Shown here: positions 52,401 through 64,000 of the stretch, piece by piece
Layout of the letters: each line of letters starts with the position of its first letter
Numbering within the stretch: position 1 is the stretch's first letter
Source: Octopus vulgaris
Taxonomy: Eukaryota
Assembly (NCBI GenBank): GCA_951406725.2
Contig: OX597841.1
Span: forward strand, 20,832,001 to 20,896,000
DNA: 64,000 nucleotides
Reading direction: 5' to 3'
The notes under the pieces: generated by a model
The model's database searches: none
What the model was told of the DNA's origin: nothing
What the model saw: the letters and a program-made list of their open reading frames with translations, nothing else
Translations under genes and position numbers: made by a program

Positions 52401-54170
52401 CTTGTTTGTATGGACGCATGATGTGTGAACGAGGCTTGTTTGTATGGACGCATGATGTGTGAACGAGGCTTGTTTGTATGGACGCATGATGTGTGAACGA
52501 GGCTTGTTTGTATGGACGCATGATGTGTGAACGAGGCTTGTTTGTATGGACGCATGATATGTGAACGAGGCTTGTTTGTATGGACGCATGATGTGTGATC
52601 GAGGCTTGTTTGTATGGACGCATGATGTGTGAACGAGTCTTGTTTCTATGGACGCATGATGTGTGAACGAGGCTTGTTTGATGTGTGATCGAGGCTTGTT
52701 TGTATGGACGCATGATGTGTGAACGAGGCTTGTTTGTATGGACGCATGATGTGTGAACGAGGCTTGTTTGTATGGACGCATGATGTGTGAACGAGGCTTG
52801 TTTGTATGGACGCATGATGTGTGAACGAGGCTTGTTTGTATGGACGCATGATGTGTGAACGAGGCTTGTTTGTATGGACGCATGATGTGTGAACGAGGCT
52901 TGTTTGTATGGACGCATGATGTGTGAACGAGGCTTGTTTGTATGGACGCATGATGTGTGAACGAGGCTTGTTTGTATGGACGCATGATGTGTGAACGAGG
53001 CTTGTTTGTATGGACGCATGATGTGTGAACGAGGCTTGTTTGTATGGACGCATGATGTGTGAACGAGGCTTGTTTGTATGGACGCATGATGTGTGAACGA
53101 GGCTTGTTTGTATGGACGCATGATGTGTGAACGAGGCTTGTTTGTATGGACGCATGATGTGTGAACGAGGCTTGTTTGTATGGACGCATGATGTGTGAAC
53201 GAGGCTTGTTTGTATGGACGCATGATGTGTGAACGAGGCTTGTTTGTATGGACGCATGATGTGTGAACGAGGCTTGTTTGTATGGACGCATGATGTGTGA
53301 ACGAGGCTTGTTTGTATGGACGCATGATGTGTGAACGAGGCTTGTTTGTATGGACGCATGATGTGTGAACGAGGCTTGTTTGTATGGACGCATGATGTGT
53401 GAACGAGGCTTGTTTGTATGGACGCATGATGTGTGAACGAGGCTTGTTTGTATGGACGCATGATGTGTGAACGAGGCTTGTTTGTATGGACGCATGATGT
53501 GTGAACGAGGCTTGTTTGTATGGACGCATGATGTGTGAACGAGGCTTGTTTGTATGGACGCATGATGTGTGAACGAGGCTTGTTTGTATGGACGCATGAT
53601 GTGTGAACGAAGGCTTGTTTGTATGGACGCATGATGTGTGAACGAGGCTTGTTTGTATGGACGCATGATGTGTGAACGAAGCTTCTTGTATGGACGCATG
53701 ATGTGTGAACGAGGCTTGTTTGTATGGACGCATGATGTGTGAACGAGGCTTGTTTGTATGGACGCATGATGTGTGAACGAGGCTTGTTTGTATGGACGCA
53801 TGATGTGTGAACGAGGCTTGTTTGTATGGACGCATGATGTGTGAACGAGGCTTATTTGTATGGACGCATGATGTGTGAACGAGGCTTGTTTGTATGGACG
53901 CATGATGTGTGAACGAGGCTTGTTTGTATGGACGCATGATGTGTGAACGAGGCTTGTTTGTATGGACGCATGATGTGTGAACGAGGCTTGTTTCTATGGA
54001 CGCATGATGTGTGAACGAGGCTTGTTTGTATGGACGCATGATGTGTGAACGAGGCTTGTTTGTATGGACGCATGATGTGTGAACGAGGCTTGTTTGTATG
54101 GACGCATGATGTGTGAACGAGGCTTGTTTGTATGGACGCATGATGTGTGAACGAGGCTTGTTTGTATGGA
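31451..54170. repeat. 34-bp satellite, highly homogeneous core
   Basis: Runs of tens of identical consensus monomers with sparse variants and small indels. Confidence 0.95.
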
Positions 54171-57100
54171 CGCAAGATGTGTGGAAGAAGCTTCTTTGTA
54201 TGGACGCATGATGTGTGAACGAGGCTTGTTTATATGGATGCATGATGTGTGAACGAGACATGTTTGTATGGACGCATGATGTGTGAACGGGGATTGTTTC
54301 TATGGACCTATGATGTGTGAACGAGGCTTGTATGTATGGACGCATGATGTGTGAACTAGGCTTGTTTGTATGGACGCATTATGTCCGAACGAGTCTAGCT
54401 TGTATGGACGCATGATGTGTGAACGAGGCTTGTTTGTTTGGACGCATGATGTGTGAACGAGGCTTGTTTCTATGGACGCATGATGTGTGAACGAGGCTTG
54501 TTTGTATGGACGCATGATGTGTGAAAGAAGCTTCTTTGTATGGACGCATGATGTGTGAACGAGGCTTGTTTGTATGGACGCATGACGTGTGAACGAGGCA
54601 TGTTTGTATGGACGCATGATGTGTGAACGGGGATTGTTTCTATGGACGCATGATGTGTGAACGATGCTTGCTTGTATGGACGCATGATGTGTGAACGGGG
54701 ATTGTTTCTATGGACGCATGATGTGTGAACGAGGCTTGTATGTATGGACGCATGAAGTGTGAAAGAAGCGTCTTTGTATGGACGCATGATGTGTGAACGA
54801 GGCATTTTTCAATGGACGAATGATGTCTGAACGAGGCATGTATGTATGGACGCATGATGTGTGAACGGGGATTGTTTCTATGGACGCTTGATGTGTGAAC
54901 GAGGCTTGTATGTATGGACGCATGATGTGTGTACGAGGCTTGTATGTATGGACGCATAATGTGTGAACGAGGCTTGTTTGTATGGACGCATGATGTGTGA
55001 GCGAGGCATGTTTCTATGCACGCATGATGTGTTCACGAGGCTTCTTTCTATGGACGCATGATGTGTGAACGAGGCTTGTTTCTATGGACGCATGATGTGT
55101 GAACGAGGCTTGTTTGTATGGACGCATGATGTGTGAACGAGGCTTGTTTCTTTGGACGCATGATGTGTGAACGAGGCTTGTTTGTATGGACGCATGATGT
55201 GTTAACGAGGCTTGTTTGTATGGACGCATGATGTGTGAACGAGGCTTGTCTGTATGGACGCATGATGTTTGAACGAGGCTTGTTTCTATGGACGCATGAT
55301 GTGTGAACGAGGCTTGTTTCTATGGACGCATGATGTGTGAACGAGGCTTGTTTGTATGGACGCATGATGTGTTAACGAGGCTTGTTTGTATGGACGCATG
55401 ATGTGTGAACGAGGCTTGTTTGTATGGACGCATGATGTGTGAACGAGGCTTGTTTCTATGGACGCATGATGTGTGAACGAGGCTTGTTTGTATGGACGCA
55501 AGATATGTGATCGAGGCTTCTACGTATGGACGCATGATGTGTGAACGAGGCTTGTTTCTATAGACGCATGATGTGTGAACGAGGCTTGTTTTCTATGGAC
55601 GCATGATGTGTGAACGAGGCATGTTTGTATGGACGCATGATGTGTGAACGAAGCTTGTTTGTATGCAGGCATGATTTGTAAACGAGGCTTCTGTGTATGG
55701 ACGCATGATATGTGAAAGAGGCTTGTTTGTATGGACGCATGATGTGTGAACGAGGCTGTTTGTATGGACCCATGATGTGTGAACGAGGCTTGTTTCTATG
55801 GACGCATGATGTGTGAACGAGCCTTGTTTGTATGGAAGCATGATGAGTGAACGAGGCTTGTTTGTATGGACGCATGATGTGTGAACGATGCTTGGTTGTA
55901 TGGACGCATGATGTGTGAACGAGGCTTGTTTGTATGGACGCATGATGTGTGAACGAGGCTTGTTTGTATGGACGCATGATTTGTGAGCGAGGCCTCTTTG
56001 TATGGACGCATGATGGGTTAACGAGGCTTGTTTGTATGGACGCATAATGTGTGAACGAGGCTTGTTTCTATGGACGCATGATGTGTGAACGAGGCATGTT
56101 TGAATGGACGCATGATGTGTGAACGAGGCTTGTTTGTATGGACGCATGATTTGTGAAAGAGGCTTGTTTGTATGGACGTATGATGTGTGAACGAGGCTTG
56201 CTTGTATGGACGCATGATGTGTGAACGAGGCTTGTTTGTATGGACGCATGATGTGTGAACGGGGATTGTTTGTATGGATGCATGATGTGTGAACGAGGCT
56301 TGTTTGTATGGACGCATGATGTGTGAACGTGTCTTGTTTCCATGGACGCATGATGTGTGAACGAGGCTTGTTTGTATGTAGGCATGATGTGTGATCGAAG
56401 TTTGTTTGAATGGACGCATGATGTGTGAGTGAGGCTTGTTTGTATGGACGCATGATGTATGATCGAGGCTTGTTTTATGGACAATTGATGTGTGAACGAG
56501 GCATGTTTGTATGGACGCATGATGTGTGAACGAGGCTTCTTTGTATGGACGCATGATGTGTGCTCGAGGCTTGTTTGTATGGACGCATGATGAGTGAAAA
56601 AGGCCTCTTTGTATGGACGCATGATGTGTGAACGAGGCTTGTTTCTATGGACGCATGATGTGTGAACGAACCTTGTTTGTATAGACGCATGTTGTGTGAT
56701 CCAGTCTTGTTTGTATGGACGCATGATGTGTGAACGAGGCTTGTCCATTTGGACGCATGATGTGTGATCCAGGCTTGTTTGTATGGACGAATGATGTGTG
56801 AACGAGGCTTGTTTGTATGGACGCATGATGTGTGAAATAAGCTTCTTTGTATGAACGCATGTTGTGTGAACGAGGATGTTTGTATGGACGCATGATGTGT
56901 GAACGAGGCTTGTTTGTAAGGACGCATGATGTGTGAACGAGGCTTGTTTCTATGGAAGCATGATGTGTGAACGAGGCTTGTTTCTTTGGATGCATGATGT
57001 GTGAACGAGGCTTATTTCTATGGACGCATGATGTGTGAACGAGGCATGTTTGTATGGACGCATGATCTGTGAACGAGGCTTGTTTGTATGGACGCATGAT

Positions 57101-60100
57101 TTGTGAACGAGGCTTCTTTGTATGGACCATTGATGTGTGAACGAGGCTTGTTTGTAAGGACGCAAGATGTGTGAACGAGGCTGGTTTGTATGGACGCATC
57201 ATGTTTGAACGAGGCTTGTTTGTATGGACGCATGATGTGTGAACGAGGCTTTTTTCTATAGACGCATAATGTTGGAACAAGGCTTGTTTGTATGGACGCA
57301 TGATGTGTGAACGACGCTTGTTTCTATGGACTCAAGATGTGTGAACGAGGCTTGTTTCTAAGGACGCATGATGTGTGAACGAGGCTTGTTTATTTGGACG
57401 CATGATGTGTTAACTAGGCTTGTTTGTTTGGACGCATGATTTGTAAACGATACTTGTTTCTATGGACGCATGATGTGTGAACGAGGCTTTTTTCTATGGA
57501 CGCATGATGTGTAAACGCAGCTTGTTTGTATGGACGCATGATGTGTGATCGAGGCTTGTTAGCATGGACGCATGATAAGTGAACAAGGCTTGTTTCTATA
57601 GACGCATGATGTGTGAACGAGGCTTGTTTCTATGGACGCATGATGTTTGAACGAGGCTTGTTTGTATGGACGCATGAGGTGTGATCGAGGCTTGTTTGTT
57701 TGGACGCAGGATGTGTGAATGAGGCTTGTATCTATGGACGCATGATGTGTGAATGATGCTTGTTTGTATAGACGCATGATGTGTGATCGAGGCTTGTTTG
57801 TATGGAAGCATGATGTGTGAACGAGGCTTGTTTGTACGGACGCATGATGTGTGAACGAGTCTTGTTTCTATGGACGCATGATGTGTGAACGAGGCTTGTT
57901 TGTATGGAGGCATAATGTGTGATCGAGGCTTTTTTGTATGGACGCATGATGTGTGAACGAGGCTTGTTTGTATGGACGCATGATGTGTGATCGAGGCTTG
58001 TTTGTATGGACCATTCATGTGTGAACGAGCCTTGTTTGTATGGACGCATGATGTGTGATCGAGGTTCTTTGTATGGACGCATGATGTGTGATCGAGGCTT
58101 GTTTGTATGGACGCATGATGTGTGAACGGGGCATGTTTCTATGGACGCATGATGTGTGAACGAAGCTTGTTTCTATGGACGCATGATGTGTGAACGAGGC
58201 TTGTTTGTATGGACGCATGATGTGTGAACGAGGTTTGTTTGTATGGACGCATGATGTGTGAACGAGGCATGTTTGTATGGACGCATGATTTGTGAACGAT
58301 GCTTGTTTCTATGGACGCATGATGTGTGAACGATGCTTGTTTGTATGGACGCATGATGTGTGAACGAGGCTAGTTTGTATGGACTCATGATGTTTGAACG
58401 AGGCTTGTTTGTATGGACGCATGATGTGTGAACGAGGCATGTTTGTCTGGACGCATGATGGGTTAACGAGGCTTATTTGTATGAACGAATGATGTGTGAA
58501 CGAAGCCTGATTGTGTGGACGCATGATGTGAGAACGAAGCATGTTTGTATGGACGCATGATTTGTGCAAGAAGCTTCTGTGTATGAACGCATGATATGTG
58601 AAAGAGGCTTCTTTGTATGGACGCATGATGTGTGAACGAGGCTTGTTTGTATGTGCGCATGATGTGTGAACGAGGCTTGTTTGTATGGACGCATGATGTG
58701 TGAACGAGCCTTGTTTGTATGGAAGCATGATGGGTTAACGGGGCTTGTTTGTATGCATGCATGATGGGTCAACGAGGCTTGTTTGTATGGACGCATGATG
58801 TGTGAACGAGGGTTGTTTGTATGGACGTATGATGTGTGATCAGGGCTTGTTTGTATTGACGCATGATGTGTGAACGGGGCTTGTTTGTATGGACGCATGA
58901 TGTGTGAACGAGGCTTGTTTGTATGGACGCATGATGTGTGAAAGAAGCATCTTTGTATGAACGCATGATGTGTGAACGATGCTTGCTTGTATGGACGCAT
59001 GATGTGTGAACGAGGCTTGTTTGTATGGACGCATGATGTGTGAACGGGGCTTGTTTGTATGGACGCATGATGTGTGAAAGAAGCCTCTTTGTATGGACGC
59101 ATGATGTGTGAACGAGGCTTGTTTATATGGATGCATGATGTGTGAACGAGACATGTTTGTATGAACGAATGATGTGTGAACGGGGATTGTTTCTATGGAC
59201 CTATGATGTGTGAACGAGGCCTGTATGTATGGACGCATGATGTGTGAACGAGGCTTGTTTGTATGGACGCATTATGTCCGAACGAGGCTTGCTTGTATGG
59301 ACGCATGATGTGTGAACGAGGCTTGTTTGTATGGACGCATGATGTGTGAACGAGGCTTGTTTCTATGGACGCATGATGTTTGAACGAGGCTTGTTTGTAT
59401 GGACGCATGATGTGTGAAAGAAGCTTCTTTGTATGGACGCATGATGAGTGAACGAGGCTTGTTTGTATGGACGCATGATGTGTGAACGATGCTTGGTTGT
59501 ATGGACGCATGATGTGTGAACGAGGCATGTTTGTATGGACGCATGATGTGTGAACGAGGCTTGTTTGTATGGACGCATGATTTGTGAGCGAGGCCTCTTT
59601 GTATGGACGCATGATGGGTTAACGAGGCTTGTTTGTATGGACGCATAATGTGTGAACGAGGCATGTTTGTATGGACGCATGATTTGTGAACAAGGCTTGT
59701 TTGTATGGACGCATGATGTGTGAACGAGGCTTGTTTCTATGGACGCATGATGAGTGAACGAGGCATGTTTGAATGGACGCATGATGTGTGAACGAGGCTT
59801 GTTTGTATGGACGCATGATTTGTGAAAGAGGCTTGTTTGTATGGACGCATGATGTGTGAACGAGGCTTGCTTGTATGGACGCATGATGTGTGAACGAGGC
59901 TTGTTTGTATGGACGCATGATGTGTGAACGGGTATTGTTTGTATGGATGCATGATGTGTGAACGAGGCTTGTTTGTATGGACGCATGATGTGTGAACGTG
60001 TCTTGTTTCCATGGACGCATGATGTGTGAACGAGGCTTGTTTGTATGGAGGCATGATGTGTGATCGAAGTTTGTTTGAATGGATGCATGATGTGTGAGTG

Positions 60101-63100
60101 AGGCTTGTTTGTATGGACGCATGATGTATGATCGAGGCTGGTTTTATGGACAATTGATGTGTGAACGAGGCATGTTTGTATGGACGCATGATGTGTGAAC
60201 GAGGCTTCTTTGTATGGACGCATGATGTGTGCTCGAGGCTTGTTTGTATGGACGCATGATGTGTGAACGAGGCTTGTTTCTATGGACGCATGTTGTGTGA
60301 ACGAACCTTGTTTGTATAGACGCATGATGTGTGATCCAGGCTTGTTTGTATGGACGCATGATGTGTGAACGAGGCTTGTTTGTATAGACGCATGATGTGT
60401 GAACGAGGCTTGTCCATATGGACGCATGATGTGTGATCCAGGCTTGTTTGTATGGACGAATGATGTGTGAACGAGGCTTGTTTGTATGGACGCATGATGT
60501 GTGAAAAAAGCTTCTTTGTATGAACGCATGTTGTGTGAACGAGGCTTGTTTGTATGGACGCATGATGTGTGAACGAGGCTTTTTTCTATAGACGCATAAT
60601 GTTTGAACAAGGCTTGTTTGAATGGACGCATGATGTGTGAAAGACGCTTGTTTCTATGGACGCATGATGTGTGAACGAGGCTTGTTTCTAAGGACGCATG
60701 ATGTGTGAACGAGATTTGTTTATTTGGACGTATGATGTGTGAACTAGGCTTGTTTGTTTGGACGCATGATTTGTAAACGAGGCTTGTTTCTATGGACGCA
60801 TGATGTGTGAACGAGGCTTTTTTCTATGGACGCATGATGTGTAAACGCGGCTTGTTTGTATGGACGCATGAGTGTGATCGAGGCTTGTTAGCATGGACGC
60901 ATGATAAGTGAACAAGGCTTGTTTCTATGGACGCATGATGTGTGAACGAGGCTTGTTTCTATGGACGCATGATGTTTGAACGAGGCTTGTTTGTATGGAC
61001 GCATGATGTGTGACCGAGGCTTGTTTGTATGGACGCAGGATGTGTGAATGAGGCTTGTTTCTATGGACGCATGATGTGTGAACGATGCTTGTTTGTATAG
61101 ACGCATGATGTGTGATCGAGGCTTGTATGTATGGACGCATGATGTGTGAACGAGGCTTGTTTGTGTGGACGCATGATGTGTGAACGAGTCGTGTTTCTAT
61201 GGACGCATGTGTGTGAACGAGGCTTGTTTGTAAGGACGCATGATGTGTGAACGAGGCTAGTTTGTATGGACCATTGATGTGTGAACGAGGCTTGTTTGTA
61301 TGAACGCAAGATGTGTGAACGAGGCTTGTTTGTATCGACGCATGATGAGTGAACGAGGCATGTTTGTATGGACGCATGATCTGTGAACGAATTTGTTTGT
61401 ATGAACGCATGATTTGTGAAGAAGGCTTCTATGTATGGATGCATGGTGTGTGAACGACGCTTCTTTGTATGGACGCATGATGTGTGAACGAAGCTTGTTT
61501 GTATGGACGCATGATGTGTGATCGGGGCTTGTTTGTATGGACGCATGATGTGTGAACGAGGCTTGTGTGTATGGACGCCTGATGTGTGAACGAGGCTTGT
61601 TTGTATGAAGGCATGATCTGTGAACGAAGCTTCTGTGTATGGACGCATGATGTGTGAACGAGGCTTGTTTGTATGGACGCATGATGTGTGAACGAGGCTT
61701 GTGTGTATGGACGCCTGATGTGTGAACGAGGCTTGTTTGTATGAAGGCATGATCTGTGAACGAAGCTTCTGTGTATGGACGCATGATGGGTTAACGAGGC
61801 TTGTTTGTATGGACGCATAATGTGTGAACGAGGCATGTTTGTATGGACGCATGATGTGTGAACGAGGCTTGTTTGTATGGACGCATGATGTGTGAACGAG
61901 GCTTCTTTGTAATGACGCATGTGTGAGAACGAGGCTTGTTTGTAATGACGCATGATTTGTGAACGAGGCTTGTTTGTATGTACGCATCATATGTGAACGA
62001 GGCTTGTTTCTATGGACGCATGATGTGTGATCGAGGCTTGATTGTATGGACGCATGATGTGTGAACGAGGCTTGTTTGTATGGATGGATGATGGGTTAAC
62101 GAGGCTTGTTTGTATGGACGCATACTGTGTGAACGAGGCTTGTTTGTATGGATGCATGATGTGTGAACGAGGCTTGTTTGTATGGACGCATGATGTCTGA
62201 ACGATGCTTGTGTGTATAGACGCATGATGTGTGATCGAGGCTTGTTTGTATAGACGCATGATGTGTGAACGAGGCTTGTTTGTATGGACGCATGATGTGT
62301 GAACGAGGCATGTTTGTATGGACGCATGATGTGTGAACGAGGCTTGTTTGAATGGAAGCATGATTTGTGAACGAGGCTTCTTTGTATGGACGCATCATGG
62401 GTTAACGAGGCTTGTTTGTATGGACGCATGATGTGTGAACGAGGCTTGTTTGTATGGACGCATGATGTGTGATCGAGTCTTGTTTGTATGGACGCATGAT
62501 GTGTGATCGAGGCTTGTTTGTATGGACGCATGATGTGTGAACGATACTTGTTTGTATAGACGCATGATGTGTGAACGAGGCATGTTTGTATGGACGCATG
62601 ATGTGTGAACGAGGCTTGTTTGCATGGAGCCATGATTTGTGAACGAGGCTTCTTTGTATGGACACATGATGTGTGAACGAGGCTTGTTTGTATGGACGCA
62701 TGATGTGTGAACGAGGCTTGTTTGTATGGACGCATAATTTGTGAACGAGGCTTGTTTCTATGGACCCATGATGTGTGAACGAGGCTTGTTTGTATGGACG
62801 CATGATGTGTTATCGAGGCTTCTTTCTATGGACGCATGATGTGTTAACGAGGCATGTTTGTATGGACGCATGATGTGTGAACGAGGCTTGTTTGTATGGA
62901 TGCATGATTTGTGAACGAGGCTTGTTTGTATGGACGCATGATGTGTGAAAGGGGCTTGTTTGTATGGACGCATGATGTGTGAACGAGGTTTGTTTGTATG
63001 GCGCATGATGTGTGAACGAGGCTTTTTTCTATGGACCCATGATGTGTAAACGAGGCTTGTTTCTATGGACGCATGATATGTGAACGAGGCTTCTTTCTAT

Positions 63101-64000
63101 GGACGCATGATGTGTGAACGAGGCATGTTTGTATGGACGCATGATGTGTGAACGAGGCTTGTTTGTATGGACGCATTATTTGTGAACGAGGCTTTTTTGT
63201 ATGGACGCATGATGTGTGAAAGGGGCTTGTTTGTATGGACGCATGATGTGTGAACGAAGCTTGTTTGTATGGCGCATGATGTGTGAACGAGGCTTGTTTG
63301 TATGGACCCATGATGTGTGAACGAGGCTTGTTTGTATGGACGCATGATGTGTGAAAGAGGCTTGTTTGTATGGACGCATGATGTGTGATCGAGGCTTGTT
63401 TGAATGGACGCATGATTTGTGAACGAAGCTTGTTTGTATGGACGCATGATTTGTGAAAGAAGCTTCTTTTTATGAACGCATGATGTGTGAACGAGGCATG
63501 TTTGTATGGACGCATTATGTGTGAACGAGGCTTGTTTGCAAGGAAGCATGATGTGTGATCGTGGCGTGTTTGTATGGACGCATGATGTTTGAACGAGGCT
63601 TGTTTCTCTGGACGCATGATGTGTGAACGAGGCTTGTTGCTATGGACGCATGATGTGTGAACGAGGCTTGTTTGTATGGACGCATGATGTGTGATCCAGG
63701 CTTGTTTGTATGGACGCATGATGTGTGAACGAGGCTTGTTTCTATGGACGCATGATGTGTGAACGAGGCTTGTTTCTATGGACGCATGAAGTGTGAACGA
63801 GGCATGTTTGCCTGGACGCATTATGGGTTAACGAGGCTTGTTTGTATGGACGCATGATTTGTTAAAGAAGTTTCTTTTTATGAACGCATGATGTGTGAAC
63901 GAGGCTTGTTTGTAAGGACGCATGATGTGTGAACGAGGCTTGTTTATATGGACGCATGATTTGTGAACGAGGCTTGTTTGTATGGACGCATGATGTGTGA
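54171..64000. repeat. 34-bp satellite, diverged domain with multi-kb block duplications
   Basis: Abrupt rise in substitutions (TTCTAT, GGCATG, GGGGATT, GAAAGAAG and others); rare variant strings recur at kb offsets. Continues past the window end. Confidence 0.95.

Noticed and set aside
333-63821. Dozens of long minus-strand ORFs (up to 2916 aa) as protein-coding genes
   Set aside because: They are translations of the 34-bp satellite, open in all three frames at once and broken at random by monomer variants.
336-64000. CRISPR array (repeat length of 34 bp is in the CRISPR range)
   Set aside because: Monomers are directly adjacent with no unique spacers, there are no cas genes, and the context is eukaryotic.

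Overview
Eukaryotic (probably animal) heterochromatic window with no host genes. It opens with ~335 bp of degenerate TTAGGG repeats whose G-rich strand reads INTO the rest of the window, the reverse of a normal chromosome end. About 57 kb (~1,700 monomers) is one 34-bp satellite, consensus GGACGCATGATGTGTGAACGAGGCTTGTTTGTAT. The array is layered: a moderately diverged proximal part, a GGGTTA/GTTAAC-variant domain (~11.7-31 kb), a near-homogeneous core (~31.5-54.1 kb) and a diverged, block-duplicated domain (54.2-64 kb). Two insertions interrupt it. One is a ~572-bp probable solo LTR (4152-4723, minus strand). The other is a 5.67-kb composite, defective Ty3/Gypsy retrotransposon (5341-11014) with a tRNA-Trp primer-binding site (CsRn1-like). 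It has four LTRs: a TRIM-like mini element followed by two near-identical 2.16-kb units (truncated LTR plus RNase H-integrase). All long minus-strand ORFs in the track are translations of the satellite.
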